Assembly (NCBI RefSeq): GCF_009914755.1
Contig: NC_060934.1
Strand: one strand, 5' to 3'
Length of the DNA stretch: 64,000 bases
Origin: the human T2T-CHM13v2.0 reference genome, Homo sapiens
Of this stretch, positions 32,924 through 51,299 are shown piece after piece (within the stretch, counting starts at the first letter, position 1; every line of letters starts with the position of its first letter). Position numbers and translations under genes: made by a program. Under the pieces are notes generated by a model that was not told the origin of the DNA, did not search any database, and worked only from the letters and a program-made list of their open reading frames with translations.

Positions 32924-33675
32924 TATCTCTTCTTTTTTGCATAATGTAAATTAGTCTTTATCTCTTAGAGAAGCATCATTCTCATATCACATATACTTCA
33001 GTGTTTTGTCCATTCTTGAGACAATTAAAGTTGTACTACTTGGCATTAATTAGATTGTGATCATAAGTCAAAATGTCATTGGTTATAAAGTGGTCATCAG
33101 ACCATGCAGACTATTACTAATATTGGTTATGTTTTAGTTTATTGCAGTGAAAATACAAAATTTAAAAGTTATTGTAGAGAATTATCATACCCCCCAAAAT
33201 ATGTCATTGGTCCTCCAGGACTCTGTAGTCCCCATCCAAGAAAGACTGTGATAATTGTCAAGGGGTTAGTATGGTCTGAGCATGGTTGATGGTGCTCTGT
33301 CATTCTGGTATTGAACAACCTGCCAAATGTCTTGATTACATGTCCTAAAAAAGTGAGGGGAAGAGTGTAGGACAAATGCAAAATAAAATAACACATTTAG
33401 CTATACTTTTAGTATTTTTTATTATTGAGATTCAATATTTAAGTGACCGATTCAAGATTCTTTTATATAAAAAATGAATATATGCATAAGTAACTGTGAT
33501 AAGAACTGTGGATGGATAAGAGCACTTTTCTGATGTACTGCAGCATAACCAGAACTGCTGTCGGTCTGAACGGTGTGTTATCTGGGCCTGTTTCTTGTGT
33601 CAGGGGGATCACATGCCGTCACTCTGGAGTGCCTCAATAGCTTGTAACTAGAAAGAGAAGGTATAGAAAGAGTAG

Positions 33676-33994
<319 letters not shown>

Positions 33995-34106
33995 TAAAAT
34001 GGGTTTGAGACTTGAGGAACCAAAAGAAACAATGAAACCATTCAATGTGTGTGCTCCTGTCAAGCTAGCAGCGATCTTGGGAGCTCTGTGTTTTTGTCTT
34101 TTGCAG

Positions 34107-34306
34107 TTCCTTCCTCAGAGATCACCTATGGGATGGTCGTGGCAGACCTGTTCCACTCCTTGTTGGCAGTCAGCGCAGAACCTTGTGTATTAAAGATTCA
34201 GAGCCTTTTTGTGTTAGATGAAAACAGCTATCCATTACAACAAGATTTCTCCCTCCTGGATTTTTATCCTGACATTGTAAAGCATGGAGCCAATGCCCGT
34301 CTCTGA
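34107..34306 (+). CDS. SHLD2: SHLD2 last coding exon: (V)[65 protein letters not shown]
   Basis: Acceptor tgtcttttgcag|. Stop TGA at 34304-34306. The C-terminus matches recalled SHLD2. Confidence 0.94.
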
Positions 34307-34367
34307 GGCCAGAGGAAGAAATTGCAGGCATTTCAAGGAAGAAGTACTGAAATGATTTGTCTTTTGA

Positions 34368-34373
34368 AATAAA
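34368..34373 (+). terminator. Candidate proximal polyadenylation signal AATAAA
   Basis: Canonical hexamer about 60 nt after the stop, with T-rich sequence downstream. Confidence 0.45.
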
Positions 34374-35066
34374 TGAATGACAGGGCTTTTGCTTTGGATT
34401 TTTTATGAAATATATTTTACAAAGAGAATTGCACTAGATATATAAATTAAAACTTTTTTCTAAGAAAATCCTGTGAGGTTTAAAAAGATTGTTTTTGTCT
34501 TTTGGTTTCTTCCTTTCTCCTGGAGAAATGATCTACCAGTCAAGGCAATATGTAGCAGATCCCTGGGAATTAAAGGTTTGCCCATTTGTTCACTGTATTT
34601 AGTCCCTGCTACATTCCAGGCATTGTACTAAGTATGGGGAACCACAGAGAAGACATTCCCTCAGAAACTGCTGCAGTGCTTTCGCTTATCCCTACCTAAA
34701 AAACCGTCAATGTGAAATCATTTCCTTGATTATAACTATAATGATAATGGATTAGTTTATATAAACCTATGTTTAGACAAGTTCAAGACAAGCGTGTCTT
34801 TCTATAAAAAGTATTGAAAATGAAGGAAATGAGATCATGTTTCAATTTATTAAAGCAGGGAAGAGCATTCTGTGGTTAGTTCGTGTCTAGGATTTGAGTG
34901 CCTTACTGAATGCATTTACCAGCAAACATGTAGCAATCTGTTCTCTCATTGTGATTGTGGAAGAAGCTCATGTAAAATGATAGTCATTAATGAGGAAGTA
35001 TGGCGTGGTACTTATTCTGTAAGTTCAGAGTATGCTGAGTGTTAATAGATTATCATATTGCCTGAA

Positions 35067-35072
35067 AATAAA
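35067..35072 (+). terminator. Distal polyadenylation signal AATAAA
   Basis: Canonical hexamer followed about 20-45 nt later by cttctttttactctgtgtatgttttt, which resembles a downstream element. Confidence 0.7.
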
Positions 35073-35938
35073 TTCATGATGACATGAACAAGCTTCTTTT
35101 ACTCTGTGTATGTTTTTAAAAATTCCTTTGGTTCAGAGGTGGTGGTTGTTTTTTAACTTGGCTTCCCTAAGAATGAACCACAAGAGTTTTGTGATTCTTT
35201 CAAAAATAATATGCCAAAATGACTTTGTGGGAGCACACACACACAACTGCATGTTTCTGTGGAGAAGGATCCATAGCTTTCAACAAATCCTCAGAGGGTT
35301 CTGTGACCAAGAAAGGTAAGAACAAGGCTTTAACTGATGAGTTTCTTTGTGGGGGAGATAAGGGAATTAGAGCAAATGATTGCCAAAGTTTTGTCTAGCA
35401 ACTAATAAGGTGGGTACAGAAAGAATTGACTCCATTTTGTATCTAGAGAGACTGGAATTCAAACAAAATCATTGGCTCCCTTCAATGATTCGTTGAATGG
35501 GTGATGAAACTTGAGCCTGTAGTTGACGCCTTCTAATCTGTGCTCTCTCAACTATAACCACACTAGGCGGATATTTGGAATTCTGATATAAAATCTGCCC
35601 AGTCAATATAGGCCAACCAAGAGAGCTGTTCGCTTAAGTGTGCCCTTCCCCACTTTGTCCTCAAGTGGAGACCTAATCCCTACATCAACCAGAACATAAT
35701 CCCCAGGAACAGATGGCTCTTCACATCCTATTGGGAAGAAATCTTTAAACCATTTCAGGTGAGTCAACAGATCACACCAACATCTCTTCACAGTTGTTGG
35801 TATGTATTTCATTCATTAACACATATTTCCAGGAGCCCTTATTTAGGTTGGGAACTGTTTCCTCCAATCCTGAGGAATCTGAGCTATCTACAGAAGTTAT
35901 GAGCTATTTAAGTGGGATCAGGATCAGCCCATTGCTCC

Positions 35939-36283
35939 TGCTATGGTCTGAATGTGTCCTCCCAAAATTCTTACGTTGAAACCTCATCTCTGATGGCATT
36001 CAGAAGTGGGGCATCTGGGAGGTGATTAGGTCATGAGGGCTTTGCCCTTGTGAATGGGATCAGTGCCCTTACGGAAGTGGCCCGAGGGAGCTTCTTTGTC
36101 CCCTTCTGCCACAGGATACAGCCAGAAGGTGTCATCTTTGAAGCAGAGAGCAAGCCCTCACTAGATTCTCAATTTTCTGGCACCTTGATCATCCCAGCCT
36201 TCAAACTGTAAAAAATAAGTTTCTGTTACTTATAAATTGCCCAGTCTGTTATTTTGTTATAGCACCCAGAACGGACTAAGACA
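35939..36283 (+). mobile_element. MaLR solo LTR (MLT1A-like)
   Basis: Begins tgctatggtctgaatgtgtcc and ends ttgttatagca...ggactaagaca. Confidence 0.85.
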
Positions 36284-38463
36284 CCTTCTGTGTGTATTCT
36301 TTACCTGAGTTGACAAGTAAGTGTCTTTATTCTGTTATGTTTTCATAAAACTCAGTGGGGTAGCCAGAGTGTCATCCAGCAGTCCCATATCTGGCAGTCT
36401 TATGGTGGGCATTTCAGGGAGACCTCATTCTTCATCTTCTGATAGTTCAGCTTGCAGGGACAGCTCTCCTATTTTTAGAGAACCATTTTTATTTGTTAGT
36501 CACTTAGTTTCCCCAAAGGTATCCTTTTTCTAAAAGCGTTAGAGGCATTCACCTTTCTCCCCACTAGTAAGATCTGTGCTGTTTCATTTTACATCTTTTT
36601 TTTTTGGTTGGGGGAAAGGGGGCTGATCATCAAATGAGTTGACAACATTGGGTGCATGATCCACCCTGCAGACGTTCGCTGAATGTCTACCATGTGCTAG
36701 GTACTGGGAATGCAAAGACACAAATGTCTGCCTTCTGTAAGTTCACAGGCAAGCTGGTGAAGAAATATTTAAACAAAATTATATCAGCGCCAGGATTAAA
36801 TCTGTGTGGAATACAGAGCCAAGGCAAAAGAGGTAACAGTAGGATGGGTTTGTTAGTCGTGACTCTTGGTTGCAAGTGATAAAAACCCAACTCAGAGTAG
36901 CTTGAGCAAAAAAGGGGGACTTGATTGACTCACATAAATGAGGGTAGTACCAGCTTAAGGCACAGTTGAATCCATTGGCCTAAATTACCTGGTTACCCCA
37001 ACTCCCTAATTTATCTTTCTTTCTTTTTTCTTTCTCTCTCCCTCTCTCTCTCTCTCTCTGTCTCTCTCATCAGAAGAGGTCTTTTACGCTGTTATTGCAA
37101 AAGCATAGATGTTTCTACAGAGTTTTGATAGGATAACATTTTCACAGTGATTATAAATTTACATCATCCCTAGAATTCTAAACTACTGGGATCTGAGGCC
37201 GTAAGGTGTTTAAGAGTATTCTGACATTACCTTAGATTCAGCAAAACTTGAATAGTTGATCATGCCTTTCTTAGAAGAAAATATCTGTAATTTCTCAGAA
37301 CAATATAGAATGAGACAGAAAAACTAACCATCCCTATGTGTCTTATTTTAAGTGATATATTTGTATCCTGATGGGTTTCTAGGTGTTGGAACACCGGTCA
37401 TGAATCATAGAACAATTAGAATAAAGTGTTCGTCTTTATCAGTAGCTTAATTCTGGCCCTTGATTTAATGTCAACAGGGGAGAAATGTGTGAGAGGGGAT
37501 GAGGTTTGCCAATTAATTGTCATTATGTCTTTGGAGGTCTTGAACCTGATTTGTTATTAAGAAGTGAATTCTACCCACTTAAGGCATACATTTGCTAAAG
37601 GTGACCTCTCTGCTTCCACGTTGTTAAGAAATCGTGATTTTTTTCAAAACCATCATCAGCTTTACAGTTTTTGAGGAAAGATCTAGAAGCCTGTTAAAAT
37701 GGAGTTACCAGGCAGGGTTCAGCCCAGGAAACCGAAGCCACTCTGGGTATTCTAAACAGAGAGAGATTAATGTGGAATTCAGGTGTTTGCAAAGGTATTG
37801 GAAGGCTGGAGGAGCAGGCATCAGTCTGAGCTCCAGGAGGCTGCCACGTGAACGGTGGATTCATGAAAACATCACCATTGGCTGCAATCTTAGACTGAGG
37901 ATGCAGCTGCTGCCATCCTGGCAACTGACTCTCAAGCACATGGAAGCTGGGAGTTAGTTGCTGCTGCCCAAAACTCAGTCCCCACAGCTACACTTGCCAG
38001 GAACAGTAGCTTCAGGAAGATAGCCTGGATTTCACTCATCTTCCATATTGCACATGTGTGTGTTTCATTGATGGAACATGATTCACACTGAGAGCTTTAG
38101 CTGCAAGAAAGTTTGGGAAATATGTCTTCTCTGAGGCTTTTGGTCTTTGCAGTTCAGGAGCAGTTAGGAGGTGGGACTGGTTGGTTGCAGAGTGAGCTGA
38201 TTTACTGCACTTAGTCTAGCTTATTAAAGGATGAGCTTATAAACACCCCAGGTAATATCATAATACATAAGTGCTACCTAATTACTGTGTGGGTCTGTTA
38301 CCAAGAATGTCTAAGTCAAGAAATTGAAGATTGTTTCCTTAAGATTCTGCATCCTAATGTAGAATCTTTCCTATTAGAGTATAAGTAAATTCTTTTGGTA
38401 TGTTATTTAAGAATATTTGTGAATAGGCTTAATTAAACACCATGTTAAGAAATTATAAACTTA

Positions 38464-40682
<2,219 letters not shown>

Positions 40683-41379
40683 TTAATTGAATTATTTTTT
40701 TGCTAAAGTGATTGTACATTTGTTTCATATGCTTATCAGTCATTTGCAGTTTGCTTTTTCATATTTTACCTTAGACCATTTTTATTTGGGAGAAGCCTTT
40801 TATTAAATTAGTATGTTCTCCTTATAAAGTTAGTAATTTTTAACATGTGTTGCAGACATTTTTCCCAAGCTTGTTATATATGTTTTGACATGCAGAAATC
40901 ATAAATATTTACGTGGATCAACCCATCAATCTTTTTCTTTATTGTTTCTAGATTTTATGACATGCCTAGATAGCTTCTTTTCTACTATAAGATTATACAC
41001 ATTTTCTTCAAAAAATTTTTTGAAACATTTATGATTGTTATATTTGTATTTAAATCTTTAATTATCTAAAATTTAGTGCATGGTATGAATGGATCTAACT
41101 GATTCATTTTCCTAAAATGGTCAGCTGGTTGTCCCAACACTATTGATTTCTTTCTTTCCCATCAGTGACGTAGATGTGATCTTTATTATAATATGAAATT
41201 ATTATTCCTGCTAGCATTACCTGTGGACTTTCTAGTCTGTTTCATTGTTCTATATTTATTGCTGAGCCAGAACCATACAGTTAGAATTATTATAACTTTA
41301 CATCTGATAGGAAAAGTACCCCATATTTTTCTTCATTAAAATTGTTTTTCTCAGACATCTTTGCCCATCTGTTCTTTTT

Positions 41380-42090
41380 TATTCCCCATTACGAGTATAT
41401 GTTGCAGTGTTTTTTAGTATATTCAGAGTGTGTGACCATCAGCACACTCAATTTTGGAACATTTCATCACCCCCAAAACAATCATCCATAGTTACATTAA
41501 CTATACCACCCCACAGCTCTTCCTTAAGAGGAGCTAACAGTCGCTCCTCCATAACCACCCTCTTTCCCCCAACCCTAGGTAACCACTCTTCTACTTAGTG
41601 GCTGTATAGATTTCACTATTCTGACATTTCACATGAATGGAATCATACAATATGTGGTCCTTTGTAACTGATTTCTTTCACTCGGTATAGTGTTTTCAAG
41701 GTTCACACATGTAGCATGTATCACTACTTCATTGTTTTTATTGCCAAATAATATTCCATTGTATGGATATACCACATTTTATGTATCTATTCATCAGTTG
41801 GTGGACAACTGAGTTTTTCCCACTTTTTGGCTATTTTTAATTATACTATCATGAACATTTGTGTGCAAGTCTTTGTGTGGATGTATATTTTCATTTCTCT
41901 TGGGTATGTACCCAGGAGTAGAATTGCTGGGTTGTATGGTTTAACCATTTGAGGAACTGCCAAACTTTTCTAATGCAGGTGCACTATTTTACATTCCCAT
42001 GAGAATGCATTGGAGTTCTGATTTCTCCACATCCTCACCAGCACTTTTTATTATTATCTGACTTTTTGATTATAGCCATCCTAGTGGGCA
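41380..42090 (-). mobile_element. L1MB-like 3' fragment
   Basis: atggaatcatacaatatgtggtcc, gtagaattgctgggttgtatggt, attatagccatcctagtggg. Confidence 0.85.
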
Positions 42091-42248
42091 TGCCATCTGT
42101 TCTTGAGATAAGTTTAGAATCATTTTTATCCCATTGATATTTTTAATGAGATTGCTTTGAATTTATGGATCATTTGGACATGTTTTCAGTGGTTAAGGCT
42201 TACTATTTAAGAAGAGCATGCTTTTTCAATTAATAAAGTATTCTTTAA

Positions 42249-42620
<372 letters not shown>

Positions 42621-43540
42621 TGATTTCAACTATGCTCTGTTGAATCCCTTTTCCATCCCCTCATGTCTCACATGCCTCACATAACTTCCCAGGCATTGTG
42701 TTTTAGAAAGTCTGGTATTGTTTAAATTCCAGCCTCATTTTGCTCTTCTCCAGAGCATGTCCAGCTAGTCACTAAAGGGACTTGGAATGGGGAGGAGATA
42801 GGTGCACTCTTCCTTTCCTTTGACTCCAGCTGTTGGAGCTGGAGGGAGGGCGTGAACTGTCACCGAGGTGAATTCTCCCCATTCCTTCCCAGCTTCCTGA
42901 GGCCTAGCTCCTCCAGTGAGCTGGGGAGGGAGAAAAGAAGGAAAGGGGACAGTGGTACTTACCAGGCAGCTACCACTGTGGTCCTCTCCTTTGATGGACT
43001 CTGCTTTTCTAGCCAGTACTTAACTGCTGATGCCTTCTGTGCAGCAGGCGTTGAGTACTCCTCTTTCTGGGGTCCATGTGAGAGTTCTTTCAGAGCTCAC
43101 TCTTCTATGTACTCTATGTACTCACTCTATCATATGTACACAGTTGTTTTCATGGGAGATGCAGCTCTGTCTGGTCTTTCCTGCCCCCTCCACTCTCTCC
43201 AACTGTACCTCCTTTCTCCATCTTGCAATCTCTCTCTGATTCACTTCACTCGTGCTCAGACAGGCATGGAGAGCAGGTCAGCAAATTCTTCACACTATCA
43301 GACTTTAGACAAGCTAAGGAATTGTCCTTCTCTGCATACTGTATATAGCACAGTTTGATTTATGTAACATCCTAATCATACTGTCTGGAAGAATCTTACC
43401 AAAATGATATCATTATTCCCCTACATGGGGAATTAGGGCTTGATTTTACCTTCTTTATTATAATTATTTTTACTTGATCAAATTACTAGGAAATATTCCC
43501 TCACTTCTAAAGAATACAATTTCCCTGTGTTAGAAAGATC

Positions 43541-43850
43541 AGTCCCGGTGTGGTGGCTCACTCCCGTAATCCCTGTACCTTGGGAGCCTGAGACGGGAGG
43601 ATTGCTTGAGGCCAGGAATTGGAGACCAGCCTGGACAACATAGCAAGATCTTGTCTCTATAAAACACTAAAAAAAAAAAAAAATTAGCCAGGCATGGTGA
43701 CACACTACTCAGGAGGCTGAGGCAGGAAGATCACTTGAGCCCGGAAGTTTGAGGCTGCAGTGAGCTATGATCTGCCACTACACTCCAGCCTGGATGACAA
43801 AGCGAGACCCTGTCTCTAAAAAATAAAAACAACAACAAACATACATAAAT
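43541..43850 (+). mobile_element. AluJ
   Basis: Dimer. Confidence 0.88.
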
Positions 43851-44089
43851 AAAGAGATCACATCCAAATAATAGAAAAAGATGATATGGTTTTGGTCCCC
43901 AAAACTGACATCACATAGGAGATATTGGAACTTTGTGGGTGGGAGCCAAGCCCATGCTGGTGCCCCTTCTCTAGGTCACGTCTATACTGCTTGTTTGGAT
44001 TCCTTGGCAAAAACTGACTATGCAAAGACAGTAGGATGCCTGACTCAAATTGGGTCAATCAGATCCTTTTTCTTGGAATTTAAAAAAAA

Positions 44090-44975
44090 AATTGCATGAA
44101 AACGTATAGTTAAATGCACAGGTCTTAAGTGTACAATTTAGAGTTTTGACAAATATATACATTCATGTAACTGAACCCCAAACAAGATATGGAGCATTTC
44201 CATCACCCTAGAATTTTCGTTCATCTCCACTTCCAGTCAGTCTCCATCCATGATGGCCAACCACCATTCTGATTTCTATCACTATACACTAGTTTGATCT
44301 GTGTTTGGACTTCATGTAAATGAAATCATACAGTATATATTCCTTTGTAACTGGCTTTTTTTAACCTAAGAATGTTTTTCAGGCTTATCCATATTTTTAT
44401 GTGAATCAGCAGTTTATTCATTTTTATTGTTCAGTAATATATCAATGTGTGAATATATTATCCATTCGCCTGTTGAAGTCATTTGAGTTCTTTCCAGTTT
44501 CGAACTATTATGAATAAAGCTGCTAAAAACATTTTTAAAACAAGTCTTGTTGTGGACGTAAGTTTTTGTTGGGGCAGGGATTTAAATAGCTCGGACTGAG
44601 ATTGTCAGTTTATTGGATAAGTATATATTTAACTTGAGAAGAATCTGCCAAACAGTGCTCCAAAGTTGTGCAATTTTACACTCTCCGCAGCCAAAACGGA
44701 GGCTTCCAGTTGTTGTACATCCTTGCCAATATTTGAGATGTCAGTCATTTTCACTGTAGCCATTCTAGAGGCGGTAAAGTGGAACCTCCTGGTTTTGGTT
44801 TCTCTTTCACTGATGACTAATGACGCACAACTTTTCATGTGCTCATTGGCCATTTGTATACCTTCATTTGTGAAGTGTCTCTCAAGTCATCTGCACATTT
44901 ATCTTATTGGGTTGTTTGTCTTTTTACTGATCAGACATATGTATTCTAGATAAAAGTCAGATATATGTATTATTG
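44090..44975 (-). mobile_element. L1M (MB/ME-like) 3' fragment
   Basis: atgaataaagctgcta and cttttcatgtgctcattggccatttgtata. Confidence 0.8.
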
Positions 44976-45539
44976 ATATTTCAAAGCATTTTGTTCAGCA
45001 GTAGAAATGCTGGCTATATGATTTGAGAATAAAAATACGTATGTAATTGTAACAGGAAGTCTTAAATAAATTAAAATGTCACTATTTTGAATAACTAGAA
45101 TATATATTAAGAAAAATAATCCCAGGAAATAAAAAATATGCTAGTAATAATTACACATAACAGATTTACAAAATTATATTACCATATAACAGTAATACAT
45201 AATTCTAAATAAAAATAATCATGCTCACAGATAAAACCAAAAACTTTAAGAGCTTAATTTATTGAAAGGAAATGATTTAAATATCATGAGGGAAATAAAA
45301 GGAGACAAGAATTAGTGGAACACTCTACTGTGCTCCTGCTGTTTGGGAAGATGTACTATACAGAGTTAATTCAACAATAAACAAAGTCCCTGAGGGATGG
45401 CCTATACGAGTTGACAAGTTGATTTAAAAATTAATTGAGGGAATTAAACAGAAATGTAAATATTCCAATAACCATCGAATTATACATTTTAAATGGATGA
45501 ATCATATATGTGAATTATATCTCAATAAAACGATTATAA

Positions 45540-45926
<387 letters not shown>

Positions 45927-46589
45927 TGATTTTGGTGTTTACAGTGCATTGGGTAAAAAATCTTACTCAGAAACAGTATGTAAAATATTTCGTTTTTAGA
46001 AAACCATACATTAAATCAATGGAGAGTGGCCAAAAAATTTTAACACTGTTTATCTCAAGGAGCTACAACTATGGTAAATATTTTCCTTAATAATGAAATG
46101 TGGAAACATTCCTGAGAACAGAAATAAGACGAAGATGTCCATTATCATCACTTGTATTCAATACTTTCCTGGTATTCCTAACAAGAGTAATAAGGCAAAA
46201 AAGTTGAAATAAAAATACTAAGATTGGACCTAAGATACAAAACTATGTATGTATTATTAACAACTCAAAAGAATCCAGAGACAAGTTATTAGAATTAGTG
46301 AGTTTAGCATGACTGAATAAATGGTCAAAATAGGAAAACCAACTTTATTTCTGTACACCAGCAAGAGTTAGAAAATAAAACATTTTAAAACAATACCATT
46401 TATGGTAGCATAAAAATTCAAATGTCTGGGGAAAAATTTAATGAAAAGATGTCCATGACACTTTATTATTTAGAGAAATGAGAGAAGAGGTAAATAAACA
46501 GAAGTACATACCATGTGAACTGATTAGATGACCCAGTATTTTAAAGATGTCAATTCTCCCCTGAATTGACTTATAAACTCAGTGCAACC

Positions 46590-47520
<931 letters not shown>

Positions 47521-49329
47521 TCTCAAAAAGCCAGGAGGATCCAAGCAGATCATTTGCCAGACGGTACTGCAGCAATGGAGATGAACAGATAATTCACACA
47601 GAAAGAAGGATGGTAGGGAGAGACGTGCGGGGGGTAGGGAGGGCGGAAGGAAGGTCTAGGGGAAGGAGCGGAGGGGGAAGGGAGGAAGGAAGGCAGGAAT
47701 GGAATGAAAGGAGAAGGGAGGAAGGACTCGTTGAATGCACAGCCTCCCCGGTGCTGCAGCGGCAGGAGCGGCTCTCACAGGCATGGGGCCCCCAGCAGAC
47801 CCTACCAGGCTGCGGGAATGTTGCGGCCCTGCAGGGCGTCTCTGTCTTTTTTGAGGTGTCTCTGGTAATATGTGATAATGATAGTATTTTTAGACATTTG
47901 GAATGTGATTTAAATTCTAGCTCCACCACCTTCTAGCTGTGGGACCCTGAGAAACAGCACATCCTCCCAGATCCTCCCTTCTCTCTTGTCCACACGTGGG
48001 GAAGGCTCCTGGCGGGGTGGGGATTGGGGGTGGTGGGAGGGGGGAAGGTGGGGGGCTTTGCAGATTTACCAAGCTGATGTACAAAGACCTACTACAGCTG
48101 TAAGGGCTAGCTCCTTTCTCCCACTCTGGCAGTCACTCCACTTTGAGAAACATACCTCTTGAAATAAAGCTACAAGTGGAGAGGGGCAGGTGATTTGGGC
48201 AAATAATTCCATACTAAATATTAGGACAAAACATCCTAGGCAAATATCACAATCCGGAGTCATAGTGGCATACTAAATTCAACCAAGAAATATACCCATG
48301 ATGTTGAAAGAGCCAGGCTTATGGAATGTAAACAGCAAACTATTTTATTCTTGTTTTCTATTTACCAATTCAAACTTGCTCTGCAGGTCACTCCTCCCTG
48401 CCCCTGGGATAAAATCTAGGGCATGTTCTGTGACTTTCTGGATCACAAAATTCACATGATTTTTGGATCATTCTCAGTTAACCAAAAATTTGTCCTGTAA
48501 CTTCTAGCTATAAAAATAGGCTCTGTTCAGCATTTAAAATGTCCAATCCCATGTAGGAGTCTAAACTTTCGATTTCATTTTAAGTTTAAGCTTCCTCTTG
48601 ATTCCTCCCCCAAGCCTGGCCCAGGCTTGCATTTGGCTTCAGGCATTGGGCGGGTAGCAGTGTTTCCTCTCCATTTTTCACTTTCACTCTTCCCTCCCCA
48701 ACTAGCTTGCAGGGATTTCTGATCACCTAGTAGAGTCTAGAGGCGTAAGGGAAGGAGGTCACCAAGGGGCAGGCCAGGCTTTATGTGAATAGTGCTGTTG
48801 TGAGCCAAGTACTTGAGTACTTCGAGGTCCCCTTCTACTGCAGACATCTTCCCTATGGTTCCTGTGACCCAGGTTTGTCTCAGAGTGGGGTTAGCACACG
48901 GTACCATCTCCATCCCCTTTAAAAGTATTTATTACATTTTTCTGGAAATGGAAGTCTGGAAATTATATTTCCCTGATAGTCTTATGAGCAGGATTCCAGG
49001 TTGATTCTGCCAAATGTGAGGCACTCAGGTGAGACTAGAAAGCAGAAAGATGGTTTAAAAAATCATCGTTTTCTTCCTTTGACTCTGCACTTACGACAGC
49101 AGGATGCTCGAGACTCTTGCAGTAATTTGGGCAAAGATTTCCACAGTGCAAAATAGAAAAAACAACTGGCAAATAGCTGTACAAATTACAGTCCATTTTC
49201 ATCATGGAATGTCAGTTTGGCAACAATGGCATCGAGGCCCCAAAGCAGCTCTGCAGTAGGGGGGTTCCTCCTTGGTGACTGGATGGGCACAGCCAAGCAC
49301 AGGCTCCTGAAGATCCCAGCTCCAGGAAA

Positions 49330-50435
<1,106 letters not shown>

Positions 50436-51299
50436 AGTAACTGTTCCCTCGTTGGCTTCACCAGCTTTCCCAAGAATTGTTTAATCCCATTCCGTGTATA
50501 AAATCACTCTCTGCTGAGAATCCTTTTTCTGAGAAAAGAATTCTGAGATTTTTTTTTCTGCTTGAGGCAGACCAACACTCATTCCAAGAACAACTGGAAA
50601 GGCTGAATAAAACACAGAAAACTTTTTTAAAAAGTTTTTTGAAAGCTTCCCAGTTAACAAACATTTGAAGGGCCATAATCTCAAAAGAAGAAAAACACAA
50701 GGAGGCAAGCTGGCCCTCTGTGAACTACTTTTCCTTTCAGGAAACGTGCTGATTTTAGCTAAGAGGCCGAGCATTTGGGCAGACGGCCATAGCTAAGAGG
50801 CAGCAAAGTCAGCAGAGTCTTCAGCTGGAGAGACAAGAAATGGAGACTGAGGTTGTCAAGGCAGCTGGAACTGAAGGGGCCGAGATATCATGTAGAAGGG
50901 AGACACAGAAAAGGAACACTTTCCCCTTGAGGCATCTGCTGAATTAAGCTATGCAGAAAGGCTATGAAAGGCAGCAGGTTTTGGCAGTGTCATATTAATG
51001 AGATAAAAGTTGGAGTTCAGGACCCACCAAGGAAAAGAAGCCTAATAATCACATCAGACGCTCAGCTGGAATCCTTGGAGGACCACACTCTAGATAGATG
51101 GGCAAACCAGAGATGGAGATGAAGCCTTCCAAAAACTGCAACATAGACTCTAGTCAGTTCAGTACCATTGGATTAAGGTAAAATCTTCCCACTCTGTCTA
51201 TCAGATGACATGGTAAACCCTCCCTTGAGACAGACATTGTTTTCAGATAATGTTTCCTGGAGCCACTAAAATTTATTATAATGGTTAGCATTCAACAAT

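Larger units (their letters stand above)
34307..35090 (+). other. SHLD2: SHLD2 3'UTR (end approximate)
   Basis: Repeat-free AT-rich sequence after the stop, ending at AATAAA 35067-35072 followed by a T/GT-rich tract. Confidence 0.75.

Noticed and set aside
42630-43358. 168-aa ORF / possible ancient LTR
   Set aside because: No homology or splice support for coding. It is probably an old LTR, but I cannot assign a family by eye.
50617-50640. AT-rich palindrome aaaactttttTaaaaagtttt
   Set aside because: Low complexity with 10-bp arms, expected by chance in AT-rich DNA.
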